Assembly (NCBI RefSeq): GCF_964355755.1
Contig: NC_092670.1
Coordinates: 14,618,795-14,682,794, forward strand
Direction of reading: 5' to 3'
DNA: 64,000 nt
DNA from: Antedon mediterranea
Taxonomy: Eukaryota > Animalia > Echinodermata
Position numbers and translations under genes: made by a program. The stretch's first letter is position 1; every line of letters begins with the position of its first letter. The notes below the pieces were generated by a model. That model had not been told where the DNA came from and did no database searches. It saw only the letters and a program-made list of their open reading frames with translations. This document shows, one piece after another, positions 61,296 through 64,000 of the stretch.

Positions 61296-63931
61296 ATACA
61301 ATCAACCAGTTACATATTGAAATAAAAGATGACGATGTGGAAGTAAGGCAAGCTAAGGTGTTTGCAACACAAGTGAAAACTGAACTGATTCCAGACATGT
61401 TAAGAAGAACTTCCAGTTGGCACAAGGTACGACAAATACTTGCAAGGTGTTTAATCTTTATTTATAAATTAAGAGGATGGAAGCGATCCGGAGAAGTTAC
61501 GGTAGAAGACCTAACTAGAAGTGAAAAATTGATAATTAAAGCTGTGCAATACAATGAATGGAAGGATTTGAATGCGCTGGTGAAGTTAGACCCAGTCGTA
61601 GACAACGATGGACTGCTGCGTGTAGGAGGTCGTTTAAAATGGACCTGAAATGGAATTTCGATTTTCAAGAAATTCACACATGTTATTTAAATGTATCAAA
61701 TTAACACAAGCCCATACAAATAAAAACTAAATGTATAGTATTTTGAGAAAAAACGAAATTTTAAGATACCTTGGTAAATTAGCGAAAGTTACTCACGCCA
61801 TTGCAATATTCTATTTCAACGGCCGTCGGGAGCATCTATATTCACGACGGCGATATCGATCGAGAGCGTGTATGCCGCCCGATAGTCCGTGAATGATCGA
61901 CGGCCTGGAAAGATACGCGAAGCGTTGACACTAATACTAATTCAATATATAATGTTGTTGAAATATAGTGCCCTAAAATGTACTTTGTTTGTTCTAAAAC
62001 CCGAATTTAGAAGGCCTAGGCCTACCTCCCAAACCTTTACTAATACTAGGCCTAGGCTAGGCGGTGCCCAGCGCGCGGAGTCGATCCACCCACACGTTTC
62101 ATGTGCATCCAAAGCGATATCAACAACTTGCTGCTCATTGTCAAGCCAAAGTAAAATATGAATCAAATTCGTTTTCGAACTGCCTGATTCGTGAACAAAT
62201 AAATTACCATCTCATATTACTAATTTAATTCTGCTAAACTATAAACTAAAGAAACTTAACACATTTTAGCAGTATAAATTACAAACGAATACAAAATACA
62301 CGAACGGAAAATATGGATACGCATCATTGCACACGGCGCTGTATCCCGGACAACGTTGCCAGGCTAACGTCGGTATTGCCAGAAAAAAACCGTTGATTTG
62401 GAGATTTTAAATCGTCATTTACTCGATGACTAACCGTTTATACGGTAATAATTTTATCTAAAAAAATTCTAAATACGTTTCTGCAAAAGCACAAGCATTT
62501 TTTAGAAAATACTCCATAGATTTCAAGAGTTATAGCCAAAAAACTGCAAATTGTCCATTGGAGGGATAGGAATATATTCGCAAAGTGACGTCACCCGCGA
62601 ATTTTTTTGATTTTCAAATGGGGCTTTCCCCAAAAGGGCGAATTTATATTTTATAACAATATACATTCTAGCAACACCTAATAGCCCCCAAAACATCATT
62701 CTAAAATGAAAAAAATCGAAAATCCATTTCAGGTCCATTTTAAAGAAAACTAATCTACCAGAAGAAATTAAACATCCAGTAATCATCCCTGCAAAAAGTG
62801 ATTTAACCTGATTAATAGTCAGTCATTACCATAATCAAGTGTACCACCAAGGTAGAGGGATTACTCTTAATGCGGTGCGAGCTGCTGGGTTCTGGATGAT
62901 AGGTGGCGTGGCATCTGTCTCGAGATATATTCACGACTGCACGGTATGTCGTCGACTTAGACGACCTACAGAACTCCAGCGTATGGCAGATCTACCAGTC
63001 GAAAGAGCCGAGGCAGGTCCTGCCTTTAGTTACTGTGGCGTAGACTTCTTTGGGCCGATCATTGTAAAAAATGGTAGAAAGGAACTTAAGCGCTATGGTG
63101 TGCTATTTACATGTTTGGTGTCTCGAAGTGTGCACCTGGAGATAGCCAGCTCGTTATCGACAGATTCCTTTATGAATGCCTTTCGGCGATTTTTATGTAG
63201 GAGAGGACCCGTCAGACAAATGAGGTCCGACCAAGGAACCAATTTTATTGGTGCCACAAGAGAGCTGAAGGAAGCAGTAAAAGAGATGGATCAAGAGGCA
63301 ATTCGCATAAATATGCTAAGGTTAAATTGTGATTGGAAATTTAACACACCCACTGCAAGCCATCACGGAGGAGCTTGGGAGCGTATGATCAGAACAACCA
63401 GAAACATTTTTGATAGCTTAATGCTTCAGCATAAGGCGTTATTGAATGATGACATGCTGAGCACATTTATGACAGAAGCAGAAGCAATAATTAACAGCAG
63501 ACCTTTATGTGCTACTAACGATGCATCTTTAGAACCGTTGACACCATTTTACTTGTTAACGATGAAAAGCAGTGCGGTGTATGCTCCGCCAGGAAACTTC
63601 AAAAGGGACGGGAAGTTTAGCCGGAAGCTCTGGAGAAGAGTCCAGCACCTGGCGGATACGTTTTGGAGTAGATGGCAAAAAGAATATATTATCAATTTAC
63701 AGCAAAGACAGAAGTGGACTAAGAAGAAAAGAAACATAAGCATTGGAGATATTGTACTTTTGTATGAAGAAGGTGTCCCGAGAAATTATTTGGGAGCTTG
63801 CTCGAGTTACCAATACCAAGCCGAGTGATGATGGTTTAGTGAGAAGCGTCACTGTCTTCGTTGGACGAAGAAGAACAACATTGGATAGGCCAGTAACCAA
63901 GATTGTGTTGTTGGTTCCTAAAGATCAGTAA
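61296..63931 (+). pseudogene. BEL pol C-terminus and integrase, split by a MITE, with one TGA at about 62809 and a +1 frameshift at about 63790
   Basis: DGLLRVGGRL|KKTNLP..KHPVIIP, zinc finger H..H..C..C, DDE core, and DGLVRSV...RPVTKI. Confidence 0.9.
61638..62739. mobile_element. Kolobok-like MITE with TTAA TSD
   Basis: TTAA|AATGGACCTGAAATGGAATTTCGATTTT ... AAAATCGAAAATCCATTTCAGGTCCATT|TTAA. Removal restores the BEL frame. Confidence 0.88.
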
Positions 63932-64000
63932 TCTAACACTGCATTTGTAGAAATTATATAATTTAGTAATTGTTTGAATCTTACTTCGTTTATCATTGAT

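Larger units (their letters stand above)
52164..64000 (+). mobile_element. BEL/Pao LTR retrotransposon (3' LTR beyond the window) with nested DIRS and TTAA MITE
   Basis: Gag with three Cys/His knuckles, ALLDEQS protease, WYIPHH/KLRVV/FYVDD RT, HHFSDAS/TIPRLEL/NPAD RNase H, and GVDFFGP/SDQGTNF/GGAWER integrase, in the order PR-RT-RH-INT. Confidence 0.95.

Noticed and set aside
63946-64000. Start of the BEL 3' LTR (TGTAGAAATTAT resembles 52164)
   Set aside because: The similarity stops after about 12 bp and no polypurine tract precedes it.

Overview
AT-rich eukaryotic genomic DNA. It is metazoan; a marine invertebrate deuterostome such as an echinoderm is a guess from the repeat and footprint spectrum. 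Nested transposable elements dominate the window. Host-like genes: (i) a minus-strand secreted protein made of a signal-peptide exon plus nine phase-1 sushi/CCP exons (31009 to 20465, with a possible Cys-rich last exon at about 14.7 kb); (ii) the last five exons of Ku80/XRCC5 (36574-38382, +), with no upstream Ku80 exons recognised in the window; (iii) an orphan multi-exon minus-strand gene or pseudogene at 9.1-12.4 kb. Mobile elements: two L1/Tx1 LINEs, an L2/CR1 remnant, two Penelope-like 3' ends with minimal hammerhead ribozymes, tRNA- and 5S-derived Deu/Meta-like SINEs, four copies of one non-autonomous Helitron family (one nested antisense in another), HINE-like elements, Academ, Kolobok-like, hAT, MULE-like and pogo-like non-autonomous DNA transposons, a CsRn1-type Gypsy remnant with a tRNA-Trp PBS, and a BEL/Pao element whose pol is split by a full-length DIRS element and a TTAA MITE (removing both in silico restores the frame). 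A roughly 2.7 kb segmental duplication links 6.7-9.4 kb to 40.8-43.5 kb. The most notable fine-scale signals are two palindromic P-element-type excision footprints with 7-bp TSDs, and TA-to-TAGGCCTA/TACAGTA footprints shown by comparing repeat copies. Everything was read by eye; no database searches were run.
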